In this document: positions 9,932-20,103 of the stretch, piece by piece
Numbering within the stretch: the stretch's first letter is position 1
How the letters are laid out: every line of letters begins with the position of its first letter
Source: Alphaproteobacteria bacterium
Lineage (GTDB): Bacteria > Pseudomonadota > Alphaproteobacteria > SMXP01
Assembly (NCBI GenBank): GCA_028285305.1
Contig: JANQPV010000004.1
Span: forward strand, 152,605-216,604
DNA: 64,000 bases
Direction of reading: 5' to 3'
Program-made: the position numbers and the translations under genes
The notes under the pieces: generated by a model
Databases searched by the model: none
The model's input: only the letters and a program-made list of their open reading frames with translations
Told to the model about the DNA's origin: nothing

Positions 9932-10498
9932 TCAAGAAGCAGACAAAAAGATCCGTTCGACCTGTTCGACCGTGGGTTTTGGGCCTTGGCCGGTTGCATA
10001 CAAGAGCGCTATGCCGTCCAACAGTCCCATGGAAGTAACTACTTGTTCCTCTGTACACTCATCAGAGATCAGCTTGAGGAAAAACTCGATCGGCTGCCGG
10101 GCGGCGGCAGAGAGCTGGTCTGCAATCAATTTGAGCTCGTCGCTCCGGGACCCAGCGAGCGTCAGTTCCAGCCTGGCCAGAAGCAGCTCACGCTTTTCAT
10201 CGGCATAGGCGACCAGGTCGTTGGCCACATAAGCGATGGCCTCGTCCTTCTTTCCGTCGGCGATCAACTGCGCAAAGGCGCGCTGCACGTCGGCGCAGTC
10301 TTCGTCAAGCAACTCCGCCAGATGAATTGCCGCGGCTTCGATCAAGGCGGTTTTCTTCGAGAAATAGTAGGAAGTCGAGCCCGGAGAAAGGCCGGCCGTC
10401 TTATCGACGGCGCGGTGCGTGACGCTCGCCAAGCCTTCCTTGGCCAACAGCTCTAAGCACGCGTTCAATATCTGTTTCTTGCGATCTCGTGCAGTCAC
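9932..10498 (-). CDS. TetR-family transcriptional regulator
   Basis: N-terminal TetR HTH (ILNACLELLAKEGLASVTHRAVDKTAGLSPGSTSYYF). GTG start at 10496-10498. Confidence 0.85.
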   Translation of the reverse strand: MTARDRKKQILNACLELLAKEGLASVTHRAVDKTAGLSPGSTSYYFSKKTALIEAAAIHLAELLDEDCADVQRAFAQLIADGKKDEAIAYVANDLVAYADEKRELLLARLELTLAGSRSDELKLIADQLSAAARQPIEFFLKLISDECTEEQVVTSMGLLDGIALLYATGQGPKPTVEQVERIFLSAS

Positions 10499-10522
10499 GA
10501 AACGTCACCATTTGACATCGAT

Positions 10523-10540
10523 ACTCTACATTTGTAGAGT
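10523..10540. promoter_or_regulatory. Perfect palindrome ACTCTACA-TT-TGTAGAGT, candidate TetR operator
   Basis: Perfect 8+8 inverted repeat in the 66-bp divergent intergenic region between the TetR gene (10498) and the RidA gene (10565). Confidence 0.5.
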
Positions 10541-10564
10541 TTTTCTTTTCATCAGGAGAGTATC

Positions 10565-10966
10565 ATGCCTAATCAAGTTACGAAAGTGAATCCGCCAACG
10601 CTGCCCGATGCGCCATCTATGGGGTACTCGCAAATATCCGTGTGCAAACCCGGCAAACTGGTCTTTATCTCGGGGCAAGTTGCCTGGCGGCCCAGCGGTG
10701 AGCCGGTGCCGGAGAGTCTCCCTGAACAAGCCGACATTGCGATGGCAAATGTGGTTCATGCGCTAGAAGCCGTGAAAGCGAGCGTTGAAAACGTGACGTC
10801 CATGCGAATGTACTTGGTAAATCCGTCACAAGAGGATTTCACGGCAGTCGTGCCGGCACTACAAAAGTACTTCGGCGACGTCATACCAACATTTACCGCC
10901 TTAGGCGTTACGGCTTTAGGCGGAGAAGGGCTGAAGATTGAACTTGAAGCAACAGCTGTGGTGTGA
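10565..10966 (+). CDS. RidA/YjgF-family protein
   Basis: 133 aa. The GYSQ...FISGQVA...EATAVV pattern fits the RidA family. AGGAGAG lies upstream of the ATG. Confidence 0.85.
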   Translation: MPNQVTKVNPPTLPDAPSMGYSQISVCKPGKLVFISGQVAWRPSGEPVPESLPEQADIAMANVVHALEAVKASVENVTSMRMYLVNPSQEDFTAVVPALQKYFGDVIPTFTALGVTALGGEGLKIELEATAVV

Positions 10967-11036
10967 AAGGGCTCATTGGCCAGACGCATGTGACAACCTA
11001 CCAGCCAAAAACGCGCCATAAAGGTTTTGGGTGGGA

Positions 11037-11483
11037 TCAGGTCTCCTCTGACCTTGCGGCATCGGTACGCCACGGCGCATCGATGATGAAGGCAAGGGCC
11101 GCAGCCGCTAATGCGGTGGCGTTGCCGTACCACGGCGTCGCGGCGGACGTGGCCCACAAAACGTTGAGCGTCGCCAACAGAGTCGGTACATAAAAGCAAA
11201 AAATCGCAAGGGGAATGAGATATCTGGACCAGACTTCTCCTTTGCGGAACGGCCAGGCGAGGAGGCCGATGGTCAGCAAGCCCAGTGTGATCCACCCGGC
11301 GCCGGCGACATCCATCAAAGCGAGATATAGCGTCTGCGAGGCGCCGTCGATCTCAGCCCATTCCAGGCCCACCGCTTGTCCGTGATAGGGCATAAACGAG
11401 CCGCGAAAGACGTAGGTGCTCCCTAGTCCCAGGCTGATGAGCGCGATAATCAGATAGAGGCCACCTGCCGATGCTGTTCTCAC
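11037..11483 (-). CDS. Small membrane protein, unknown family
   Basis: 148-aa ORF with about 4 hydrophobic helices and coherent composition. No family recognised. Confidence 0.4.
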   Translation of the reverse strand: MRTASAGGLYLIIALISLGLGSTYVFRGSFMPYHGQAVGLEWAEIDGASQTLYLALMDVAGAGWITLGLLTIGLLAWPFRKGEVWSRYLIPLAIFCFYVPTLLATLNVLWATSAATPWYGNATALAAAALAFIIDAPWRTDAARSEET

Positions 11484-11566
11484 AGTTTCTCTGCCTTCCT
11501 GGTCGATGGATATCTAGACAGTGTCTAGATGCGTCCACGCTTAAGTAATGTACCAAGTTGACGTTG

Positions 11567-12787
11567 TCAAGATGCTGGAGGAGCCTGAGCGCTGGCGAAT
11601 CTTACGCGCCTGTATAGCGCGATAGCGCCCATCACCATCGCCGCGGCGATTCCGGTGAGCAGCCACAGACCGGCGGAAAAGCCGGCGCCCGGATCATAGA
11701 GAAGACCCAGGGTGAGGGGGCCGAGGACGCCGCCCACTTCGGCGGCGGAGAAAAAGAGCCCGCTGGCCACGCCCGCATAGCGCTCGCCGATTTCGGGCAG
11801 CTCGACAAGGGTGAGGATCAAAACGGTCATCAGAGCCGATCGCGCGATCCCTTGGAGGAGGAGACCCGACAGCAGGCTGCTGGGTTCGGCAAAGCGCAGC
11901 AAAAGACTCGCCAGAAACGCAAGGACGCTAAGAGCGATCAAAATGTGAAAGCGCCGCTCCGGCGTCGCCAGCCGAGGAATGATGAGCGAACCGGCAATGC
12001 CGATAACGGTTGGGATGGCCGCCCAATACCCCGCGTTCACCGCAGACAGCCCGTGGGACTGCAACAATTCCGGAAGCCAATTGTTCAAACCGTGATTGAA
12101 CATGAACACAAAGATGCTCATGAACAGGACGATGATGACAGCAGGTTTGGTGATCAGCTCCCGGATGACTTGGACCTGAGAGACCTTTTCGCGCGCTTCA
12201 CTCCCGTTCCCCGATGCCCGCACAAAGCTAGCGAGCGCAAACCAAATCACCGCTGCGCCCAGCGCGACACCGCTCCACAAGCCCATAACGGCCCGCCAGG
12301 ATTGATCGAACAGCGGCAGCAGAAGGGAATGGGTCGCGGTGAGAGAGATGATCCCGCCAATCGCCGGACCCGTCATGTAGATCCCCATGGCGAGCCCTCG
12401 CGAAGACCCGGTAAACGTTGACACCACTACCTTCGGCGCCCCAGCGGAGATGATGGGTCCCCCCAACCCGAACAGCATCACGCCCAGAATGAGGGTCCAT
12501 CCGTCGACCGCATAGACACGCGCCAAGGCGGAAAGACACATGATCAGACCACCAATGGAAAGGGCGATGCGGGGCTCCAGTCGGTCAAGTAATATGCCTG
12601 CCGGAACAGCGGCAAAGATATAGACCAGCTGCCAGCCACCCATGGCCAGTCCCATACCGCCATGGGACATGGCGAGATCTTCGATGATCAGTGACGCCAG
12701 AGGCGCCAGGCTCGTCACGATCAAACCGAACGACGCATAGAGAAGCCACACGCCGAACAGCAGAAGCCATTTGCCGTTTTGCTCCAA
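11567..12787 (-). CDS. MFS transporter
   Basis: 406 aa, about 12 hydrophobic helices, MFS-type loop after TM2 (LLDRLEPRIAL). Confidence 0.8.
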   Translation of the reverse strand: MEQNGKWLLLFGVWLLYASFGLIVTSLAPLASLIIEDLAMSHGGMGLAMGGWQLVYIFAAVPAGILLDRLEPRIALSIGGLIMCLSALARVYAVDGWTLILGVMLFGLGGPIISAGAPKVVVSTFTGSSRGLAMGIYMTGPAIGGIISLTATHSLLLPLFDQSWRAVMGLWSGVALGAAVIWFALASFVRASGNGSEAREKVSQVQVIRELITKPAVIIVLFMSIFVFMFNHGLNNWLPELLQSHGLSAVNAGYWAAIPTVIGIAGSLIIPRLATPERRFHILIALSVLAFLASLLLRFAEPSSLLSGLLLQGIARSALMTVLILTLVELPEIGERYAGVASGLFFSAAEVGGVLGPLTLGLLYDPGAGFSAGLWLLTGIAAAMVMGAIALYRRVRFASAQAPPAS

Positions 12788-12958
12788 CCTGTTCTCCTCC
12801 GGCCGCCAAAAGCGGCGACCCTACACGGGATCACTAGAAAGCCAAAGGCTCTGGTAGTTTGCAGGATAACCGTTGCTTGAAGCGACCATTTCTTGCCAAG
12901 CCTTGCCAACCCCTGCGAGGCACCCTAGGCTTGCGCTCTCAGCAAGGGAGGAACGCTG

Positions 12959-14200
12959 ATGGCTCAAGCACACGTAGTAGATGACGATCTGTCGACCTTG
13001 AATGTGGCCGATGCGGAGCACTGGGAAGCGGGCACGTATGCGCCTCTCTTTGACCGCCTGCGTGCCGAAGACCCGGTGCACTATTGCGCCGATAGCGCCT
13101 ATGGTCCCTACTGGTCCGTGACCAAGTACGACGACATCATGGCGGTCGACACCAACCACCAGATTTTTTCATCGGCGTCGAAGTATGGTGGCATCATGAT
13201 GGACGACGACATCGTGGCCGGCACCGGCGAGCAGGCCCCGATCGAAAGTTTCATCACGACCGACCCGCCGCGCCACGGCCCCCAGCGCAAAGCGGTGAAC
13301 GGCATCGTTAACCGGCCCAACCTTCAACATTTTGAAAAAGTAATCCGGGAGCGGACGGCTAGCATTTTGGACGGATTGCCCATCGGTGAAGAATTCGATT
13401 GGGTACCCAGCGTGTCCATCGAGCTCACGACGATGATGCTCGCAACCTTGTTCGACTTTCCGTTCAAAGACCGACACAAACTCACTTGGTGGTCGGATCT
13501 GACGACGACAGAGCCGGGCATGGGGCTTGTCGAAACCCAAGAAGAGCGCATGGCCGGACTCCTCGAGTGCCTGGACTACTTCAACGAACTCTGGAAGCAA
13601 CGCGAGAACAAGGACGGCGGCTTCGATCTCGTCTCCATGTTGTCCCAGAGTCCCGATACAAAAGACATGGAGCCCATGAACTATCTCGGCAATCTCCTCC
13701 TTTTGATTGTCGGCGGCAATGACACGACCCGCAATTCCATGTCCGGTGGCGTTTGGGCCTTCCATAATTTCCCGGAGCAGTTGGACAAGCTGAAGGCCGA
13801 ACCCAGTCTTATGTCCAACTTGAACTCTGAGATCATCCGGTGGCAAACGCCCCTCTCCCATATGCGCCGCACCGCCGTAGCCGATATCGAATTGGGCGGC
13901 AAACAGATCAAGTCCGGAGATAAAGTCGTCATGTGGTACTATTCGGGCAATCGCGATGAGGACAAATTCATCGACGGCCACCAGGTGGATTTGGCAAGAC
14001 CCAACGCCAACGCCCATATGTCTTTTGGCTTCGGCATTCACCGCTGCATGGGCCTGCGCTTGGCCGATCTACAACTCAAGATCATCTGGGAGGAGATCTT
14101 AAAGCGGTGGGATCGCATCGAAGTTGTGGGCGAACCCAAGCGGGTGAAATCCAACTTTGTCCACGGATTTACGTCGTTGCCCGTCAAGATCCACGCGTAA
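12959..14200 (+). CDS. Cytochrome P450, CYP153-like
   Basis: I-helix LLLIVGGNDTTRNS, ExxR (EIIRWQTP), heme loop HMSFGFGIHRCMGLRLA and LQLKIIWEEILKRW closely resemble soluble CYP153 terminal hydroxylases. The P450 call is firm. The subfamily call is from memory. Confidence 0.85.
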   Translation: MAQAHVVDDDLSTLNVADAEHWEAGTYAPLFDRLRAEDPVHYCADSAYGPYWSVTKYDDIMAVDTNHQIFSSASKYGGIMMDDDIVAGTGEQAPIESFITTDPPRHGPQRKAVNGIVNRPNLQHFEKVIRERTASILDGLPIGEEFDWVPSVSIELTTMMLATLFDFPFKDRHKLTWWSDLTTTEPGMGLVETQEERMAGLLECLDYFNELWKQRENKDGGFDLVSMLSQSPDTKDMEPMNYLGNLLLLIVGGNDTTRNSMSGGVWAFHNFPEQLDKLKAEPSLMSNLNSEIIRWQTPLSHMRRTAVADIELGGKQIKSGDKVVMWYYSGNRDEDKFIDGHQVDLARPNANAHMSFGFGIHRCMGLRLADLQLKIIWEEILKRWDRIEVVGEPKRVKSNFVHGFTSLPVKIHA

Positions 14201-14316
14201 GGGCCCGGCCAGAGCCAAGTACGCATTAGCGCAATGGCGTGGCGCTATCTCGAGTCTGAGCTCGGCCTCGTTGTCGCTCGGCCGCCCTTGCGCTACTATG
14301 TCTTTCGGGAAATGAG

Positions 14317-14841
14317 ATGCTGGGGGCGGCGAAAGAAGTGGTCTGGCGATTGGCATTGGCACTCTTGGCTTTAGGTGCGCTAACCATATCGCTTGCCTCG
14401 TTGGGGCGCACACTGATTGACGAGCATGCCGTTTTGTTGGCATCCGCCAAGAGTTGGCAGGGCTTTTGGTCGCAGTTCACCGCGGCTGATTGGCCCCGGG
14501 GCCTCATCCCCCCGACCCAGGCGCTCATCGATTTAGGCACGTTTGTCGCCGGCGCCATGATGTTGACGGCGTCTCTCTTTCGGCGGAATGAGTTTTTGGT
14601 CTCCGGCATTCTGTTTTTTGCAGCCGCCCTTCTCATCGGCTCTGAACCCGCAAGTCTCCACAACAACTACACAAGCTATCTTGTATTCGCGTACGAATTC
14701 GTGGCTGTATCGTTCATCGTGGTTTCCATCGCGCTGGCCTTTCTTCTTCGCGGCCCCCAGGCCAGTTTCTGGCCCTTTCTGACCCTCATCGCGCTTCTCG
14801 TTGCTGGGTGGCTCGTCTCTTCCTCAAACGCCGTTGCTTGA
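14317..14841 (+). CDS. Hypothetical membrane protein
   Basis: 174-aa ORF with 4-5 hydrophobic helices. It lies between two P450 genes, and its end overlaps only the unused upstream part of the next ORF-track frame. Weak support. Confidence 0.35.
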   Translation: MLGAAKEVVWRLALALLALGALTISLASLGRTLIDEHAVLLASAKSWQGFWSQFTAADWPRGLIPPTQALIDLGTFVAGAMMLTASLFRRNEFLVSGILFFAAALLIGSEPASLHNNYTSYLVFAYEFVAVSFIVVSIALAFLLRGPQASFWPFLTLIALLVAGWLVSSSNAVA

Positions 14842-14962
14842 GATCGATCACCGTGAGCGGAAAACATTGACTTCGGAGTTGATGACCAACCGCCCGCGCC
14901 GCTTGCCAGACCCGGTGATCGTTTCTATTCTCAGTCACAGCCCACCCAAAGGAGGCACCGCA

Positions 14963-16186
14963 ATGGCCGATTCTCCTGATGCTCCCAGCTTTTCCATGCT
15001 TGGCGTGTCAACCCTCGACCCCGAAACCCGCAAAGATCCCCACCCTAAGCTGGGCGCCATGCGTGAGGCGTGTCCGGCCTATTGGGATGCGGATACAAGG
15101 ACCTGGATGCTCACCCGCTATGAAGACGTCAAGACTTTCGCCAACGACCGCACCATGTTGCGTCATCCTTCGAATGCGGAGGAGGGGGCCTTGGTCCGCC
15201 AGAGTCTCAACGATGCGGAAGACGTGGCCCGCCGGCCCAGCATCCTGTTTATGGACGATCCCGACCATACCCGGGTGCGCCAACCCATTGCCAAAGCCTT
15301 CTACGCGCGCATTAATCATATGAAGGATCAAATCGAAGGGGTGATCGACGGAGTGCTAGACGGCGTCCCCAAAAGCGGGCGCTTTGATCTTATTGCGGAC
15401 CTTGCGATCCCAGTGCCTATTTTGGTCATTGCCCGGATCTTAGGGGTGGAACGCGAGCGCGTGGGCGAATTCCGAGAATGGTCGGAAGCCTCGATTCTCT
15501 CTCTTAATCCATTCCGCGGCGAGGACGAGACCAAGCGGATGCACTGGGGCCGCAACCAACTGAACGCTTATTTTACGGAAAGTTTGGAGAAGCGTCGCAA
15601 GGAGCCCCAAGACGATCTGATCACGGATATGGCTGAGGCGCTGGCGAGCGGCTTGGATCTGACGGAAGAAGAGGTGCTGATCAATCTCCAGGGCCTGCTT
15701 GTCGGCGGCAACTTAACGACAACGGATCTCATCGGCAACGGCGTTTGGCTTCTCCTCTCAAATCCGACCGAACGCGCCAAGCTTAAGGCGGATCCGGGTC
15801 TTGCCGGTGCCACAGTAGAAGAAGTCTTGCGCTTTGAGTCCCCCGTTGCCGCAACCGCCCGCGTTTTACCGGACGAACGCGAAGTGGGCGGCTGTCCGAT
15901 GCAGGCCCGTCAATCGGTCTGGCTTTCTCTTCACTCGGCCAACCGCGACGCGGACCTCTTCGACGACCCGGACCAATTCAACATCACTCGGGAGCATGTG
16001 GCTCATGTGGCCTTCGGCGGCGGTACACACATTTGCATCGGCGCGCCGCTCGCCCGAATCGAAGCCCGCAAAGTCTTCGCCAGCCTCTTCGAGCGCTTTC
16101 CCAATATGAGGCTTGCGGAGCAAGAGATCACATGGCGGAACTTACCGTTCTTCCGCGGCGTGGAGGAACTCTGGGTGGAGGTCTAG
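14963..16186 (+). CDS. Cytochrome P450
   Basis: I-helix LLVGGNLTTTD, ExxR (EEVLRFESP), heme loop HVAFGGGTHICIGAPLA. ATG 14963 preceded by AAAGGAGG. Confidence 0.9.
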   Translation: MADSPDAPSFSMLGVSTLDPETRKDPHPKLGAMREACPAYWDADTRTWMLTRYEDVKTFANDRTMLRHPSNAEEGALVRQSLNDAEDVARRPSILFMDDPDHTRVRQPIAKAFYARINHMKDQIEGVIDGVLDGVPKSGRFDLIADLAIPVPILVIARILGVERERVGEFREWSEASILSLNPFRGEDETKRMHWGRNQLNAYFTESLEKRRKEPQDDLITDMAEALASGLDLTEEEVLINLQGLLVGGNLTTTDLIGNGVWLLLSNPTERAKLKADPGLAGATVEEVLRFESPVAATARVLPDEREVGGCPMQARQSVWLSLHSANRDADLFDDPDQFNITREHVAHVAFGGGTHICIGAPLARIEARKVFASLFERFPNMRLAEQEITWRNLPFFRGVEELWVEV

Positions 16187-16268
16187 CTGACCCGCACCAG
16201 TACGCACCTGCTCACAGTTCGGGCCGTCTTACTTCCCTTGCGCCGTTGAATCGGGGATTTCGCTGCCG

Positions 16269-17126
16269 TCAAGAAGCGGGACGAAACGCAGTCGTTTTGC
16301 CGAAAAAGAAGATCCCATATTGATCTGCCCGCATCCGACGGGGCTGAGCGCACGCTTCGGCGTCGTCCCTGTAGAGTGTCACCAGGGATTTCTTCGAAAG
16401 ATTTGTCGTATGCGCATAGGTTTGGTGGATCGTGAAGCCGGCGCATTGTGCGTTATCTCCGCATGCAGCTTTCGCTTCCGACCACGTGTATTGACCTTGG
16501 CTGAGTTTCGGACAATTTGGGATGGTGTAGTCCTTGCGCACAAAGTCCGCAGACGTATAAATAGGTTGATATTCGGCAGCGTACGCGTCCGCCGTCCAGC
16601 AAAAGAACTTATGCTCTTCCGAACATTGGGCGTGTTCATGGTGAGTGACGCCGCGCGCTCCGGTAGTCGCATTCTTCGGAATGATCGTATGCGCACACTT
16701 CCACGGACCGTTCCGGCTTTGCACAACGACGCTCGGCCGCGTGTGCCAATGACGATAGGCGGGACCTGGGGCGGCCGAATCGACACTCATCCATTGTCCA
16801 TAGGGCCGAAACTTCCCCGTCCACACGGACGTTTCGAGAGTGCTTTGCTTCGAGAGCATGGATTTAACGAGCCGGTCGGCGTGAATGCTATCCAACGCGA
16901 ACATCGCCGTCCCATACTGAGCCCGGCAATACGCATTCGCCTCAAGAAACGTTTTTCGCTTGTCGACGAAGACGAAGCTCTCTTCTTTAAGGGACGGAGG
17001 GGGCGGACCGGCCGCAGGATCGTGCGCGAACGCGCTCGACGTTAAGCACAAGGCCAGGATGCTCCCGGCGATGGTGCCCACTATTTTGCGCACGATCTTA
17101 GTTGCGTGTTGACCTAGCCGAACCAT
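16269..17126 (-). CDS. Secreted protein with C-type-lectin-like domain and Cys-rich PAN/Apple-like C-terminal domain
   Basis: Signal peptide MVRLGQHATKIVRKIVGTIAGSILALCLTSSAFA. The spacing of CTLD-like Cys and Trp residues fits (FLEANAYCRAQYGTAMFALDS...VWTG...WKCAHTI...AQCSEEHKFFCW). The tail reads CPKLSQGQYTWSEAKAACGDNAQCAGFTI. Fold assignment is by eye only. Confidence 0.5.
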   Translation of the reverse strand: MVRLGQHATKIVRKIVGTIAGSILALCLTSSAFAHDPAAGPPPPSLKEESFVFVDKRKTFLEANAYCRAQYGTAMFALDSIHADRLVKSMLSKQSTLETSVWTGKFRPYGQWMSVDSAAPGPAYRHWHTRPSVVVQSRNGPWKCAHTIIPKNATTGARGVTHHEHAQCSEEHKFFCWTADAYAAEYQPIYTSADFVRKDYTIPNCPKLSQGQYTWSEAKAACGDNAQCAGFTIHQTYAHTTNLSKKSLVTLYRDDAEACAQPRRMRADQYGIFFFGKTTAFRPAS

Positions 17127-17460
17127 TGTTCCCCTTTGGATCTCTTGTGTGGAGTGCGTCTGCGCCCATACCGGTCTTATTCGGAATACGCCCGGGCTGA
17201 CGTCACGGACCATAGCCTAGAATTTCCAGTCCACCAAAGAAAACAAAACGAAAAATAGTTCAAACACGGATGGGTTGAGGTGACGCGATCGGAACTCGCC
17301 TACTCGTGCTATGCAAGAGAGCGCCTGAGTTCGCCTGATTGACGCGGGTCGCGTCGCCTTCTGCGGCAAGGCAGCGGGTCTGCACCGGGCGATTGCAACA
17401 TCGGGGGCAGATGCTACTATCGCGGCAATACAAAAAGGGTAAAAAAACTGAGAGAATGCC

Positions 17461-18315
17461 ATGGCTGAAACGGCCTTACACTACGACGCCGCCTTTACGA
17501 CATTTGACCTAACGCCCTCCATTGGGACGGAAGTGCACGATATTGATCTAGGGGCAGATCTTGACGAGGACACGATCGCCGCCCTTTCGGACTTGCTCGT
17601 CGAGCGCAAGGTGCTGTTCTTTCGCGATCAACATATCTCCAAGAGAGCCCACATCGCTTTCGCCGCCCGCTTCGGTGAACTGGAAGTCCATCCGTTCACA
17701 GATAACGATCCGGAGTACGCTGAGATCATTCATCTCATCAACGACAAAGACCGCCCGCCCTTTATCAATGTCTGGCACTCAGATGTAACGTGGCGCGCCG
17801 AGCCCTCCCTGGGCTCAATTCTCCGGGCCCGTCTCGTGCCTGAGGTCGGCGGGGACACCCTCTTTGCCAATATGGAGGCCGCCTATGACGCCCTTGATGA
17901 CAAAACGAAAGAGCGGATCGACGACCTGACCGCCGTTCACGACAATGAAGGGTTTCTCGCCGGTATGAAGATGAAAGGCGCCGGCGACGAGGAGGTTGAC
18001 GCCATGCGAGAGAAATATCCGCCCTCAGAACACCCGGTCGTGCGCACCCATCCGGTGAGCGGACGCAGATCCCTTTACGTCAACCGCGCCTTCACGCGCT
18101 ATATCCGTGATATGGAACGGGAAGAATCGGACACGCTCCTCCAGAAACTCTTTTTGCAAGCCTGGATCCCGGAGGTTCAGTGCCGCTTCCGCTGGCAGAC
18201 GGACAGCTTCGCCTTTTGGGACAACAGAGGGGCCCAGCACTACGCCGCCGCCGACTATTACCCAGAGCGCCGCAAAATGGAGCGGGTGACAATCATCGGC
18301 GACCGGCCCTACTAG
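17461..18315 (+). CDS. TauD/TfdA-family Fe(II)/2-oxoglutarate dioxygenase
   Basis: 284 aa. WHSDVTWRAEPSLGSILRA (H-x-D iron ligands) and the overall TauD pattern. Confidence 0.85.
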   Translation: MAETALHYDAAFTTFDLTPSIGTEVHDIDLGADLDEDTIAALSDLLVERKVLFFRDQHISKRAHIAFAARFGELEVHPFTDNDPEYAEIIHLINDKDRPPFINVWHSDVTWRAEPSLGSILRARLVPEVGGDTLFANMEAAYDALDDKTKERIDDLTAVHDNEGFLAGMKMKGAGDEEVDAMREKYPPSEHPVVRTHPVSGRRSLYVNRAFTRYIRDMEREESDTLLQKLFLQAWIPEVQCRFRWQTDSFAFWDNRGAQHYAAADYYPERRKMERVTIIGDRPY

Positions 18316-19007
18316 GGGCAGGCGTTCTTGAGAACCAACAACCAAACGTCCGCCCCGGCTTCACGATAGTACGGGCGCGCGGTCTCTAAAACCAATCCTG
18401 CGTCATCCCACATGCGGGAAAACGACGTTATCGGCGCTTCCGGCCGCCGATCATACACGGCGCCATCAATTTCCACGGCCGTCTTCCACGGCTCCACTTC
18501 AGAAATCATCAAGACCGCGTCCTCAGACAAAAATGAGCTTACTTGATCATAAAAGCCTGCATGAACGCGCCAACCCGGGTCATTCGGACGCAAATCACCG
18601 TTCATCTCCGGAAACTGAACGGCGAAGTAGTTCGGCGGATTGGCCACGACCAGGTCAAAGCCGCCCGCTGGCCGTTCCACGTCCGCCAAATTGTCGCTCA
18701 CGAATCGAGCGACCCGCGGATCCGTACTCAGCTGACAAGAAGCCTTCACAGCGTACGGATTGATATCCGCTAAAGTAAGGCGCTGAATGAGCCCAAAATC
18801 CAATAAGCTCAAACCGATCTCGCCCAAACCGGCGCACCATTCAAAACCATGCCGAAACTCTTGCGGATAGGCCGAGATGGCGGCCACAAAACTCTGCTTG
18901 AGAAATGACCCGCCGCCGTCGAGGCCATTGGAGATGCCGCCCGCGCGCCCAAACGGCGACTGCAGGTCACTCCGGGGCAACGTCATTCTGCGATCTTTGT
19001 TGAGCAT
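18312..19007 (-). CDS. Class I SAM-dependent methyltransferase (NPP-x-Y motif IV)
   Basis: EWCAGLGEIGLSLL (motif I-like) and DLVVANPPNYF. The start is ambiguous: ATG 19007, ATG 18986, or the ORF-track start at 19133. Its stop shares the CTAG at 18312-18315 with the convergent tauD-like gene. Confidence 0.6.
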   Translation of the reverse strand: MLNKDRRMTLPRSDLQSPFGRAGGISNGLDGGGSFLKQSFVAAISAYPQEFRHGFEWCAGLGEIGLSLLDFGLIQRLTLADINPYAVKASCQLSTDPRVARFVSDNLADVERPAGGFDLVVANPPNYFAVQFPEMNGDLRPNDPGWRVHAGFYDQVSSFLSEDAVLMISEVEPWKTAVEIDGAVYDRRPEAPITSFSRMWDDAGLVLETARPYYREAGADVWLLVLKNACP

Positions 19008-19554
19008 GTGTCTTTTGGAATCTCTGTGTGGATTGATTGACAAGGCCTGCCTTCTCAGATGGTCCCAACTGTGAGGCGGACACGAGACGCTCTCGTGTGC
19101 CACTAAAGCAATTCCGCAGACGGGCCAGACCAAATAATCCGTTTCAACCTTGCCGGACAGATCGCAATACTAGCTTATCGGGCGCGATCTGACCATAAAC
19201 ATCTGTATAGGAATTGTCCAAGTATAGGGAAATCTCAGTATACCTACTCGCGCGGCGGTAAATTCAAATCTGACAACCGTGGCGCCCGGCACATGCGACG
19301 GCAGACGATAGCCCCTCATGCGGTGATGGGGAGCCAGCGAGCATTATAGGCGACTGGCGGCATTGAGTTAAAGGATGACTTCGGCTCGCCGTTGAGGCTT
19401 CAGAGCCGGGCGCGGTTGTAATTGAATGCTGCTTAAGTCGCTCCAACGCGCTAATGGGTCGAAAATGTGGTTTGTCGCTGCTATAAGACGCAAGGCGAGA
19501 TTCAGCGGTTTGCACAAAGCCATGGTGAACCGCAACTTCCGGGGGAATGGGAAC

Positions 19555-20103
19555 ATGGCGGAACAACGAGCACAACAACGTCAAGGGGGCGTCGACTACA
19601 GCATCGCTGTACGCACGGCCATTGCGAATTTAGCCTATGCGGCCATCGCGTCCTTCTTATTCTTGGCTGTATTCTCGGGTTTGGCAAATCTCTCTTTCAC
19701 GTTGATCAGCAATGTTTTCATCTGCCTCAATCTGGTGTTCAGCGCCGGTTTGGCCTTGGTCTTGATGTCGAACAGTGTCCGCGCCTTTCAATTTGGTCGG
19801 TTTGGACAGGCAGGCATTTTCCTTTTTTCCGTACTCGCCACGTTTTTGGGAACGATAGCGGCTCTCGCCGGCCACACGCTTTACGAACGCGTTTACATTG
19901 ATATGACCTCTGTGGAGGGCAGGTACATCGTTGGTGAGTACAGAGAGGCTCTCGCTCAGTTCCTTGTCGCGTCCGGCCCAACTGGAGAATCGGTCATTAA
20001 AATGGTGCAGGGCATTCAAGTGACGGAACTTATCGGCGCGGTTCTCGCGCCGATCCTGCTGAATCTGTTTTTAATCCCGTTTCGCACGCGCGGCGCCCGA
20101 TGA
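19555..20103 (+). CDS. Hypothetical membrane protein
   Basis: ORF-track frame trimmed to ATG 19555 (MAEQRAQQ...). About 5 hydrophobic helices, no family recognised. Confidence 0.45.
   Translation: MAEQRAQQRQGGVDYSIAVRTAIANLAYAAIASFLFLAVFSGLANLSFTLISNVFICLNLVFSAGLALVLMSNSVRAFQFGRFGQAGIFLFSVLATFLGTIAALAGHTLYERVYIDMTSVEGRYIVGEYREALAQFLVASGPTGESVIKMVQGIQVTELIGAVLAPILLNLFLIPFRTRGAR

Noticed and set aside
13169-14041. 290-aa minus-strand ORF
   Set aside because: It is antisense to the CYP153-like P450 gene and has no motifs.
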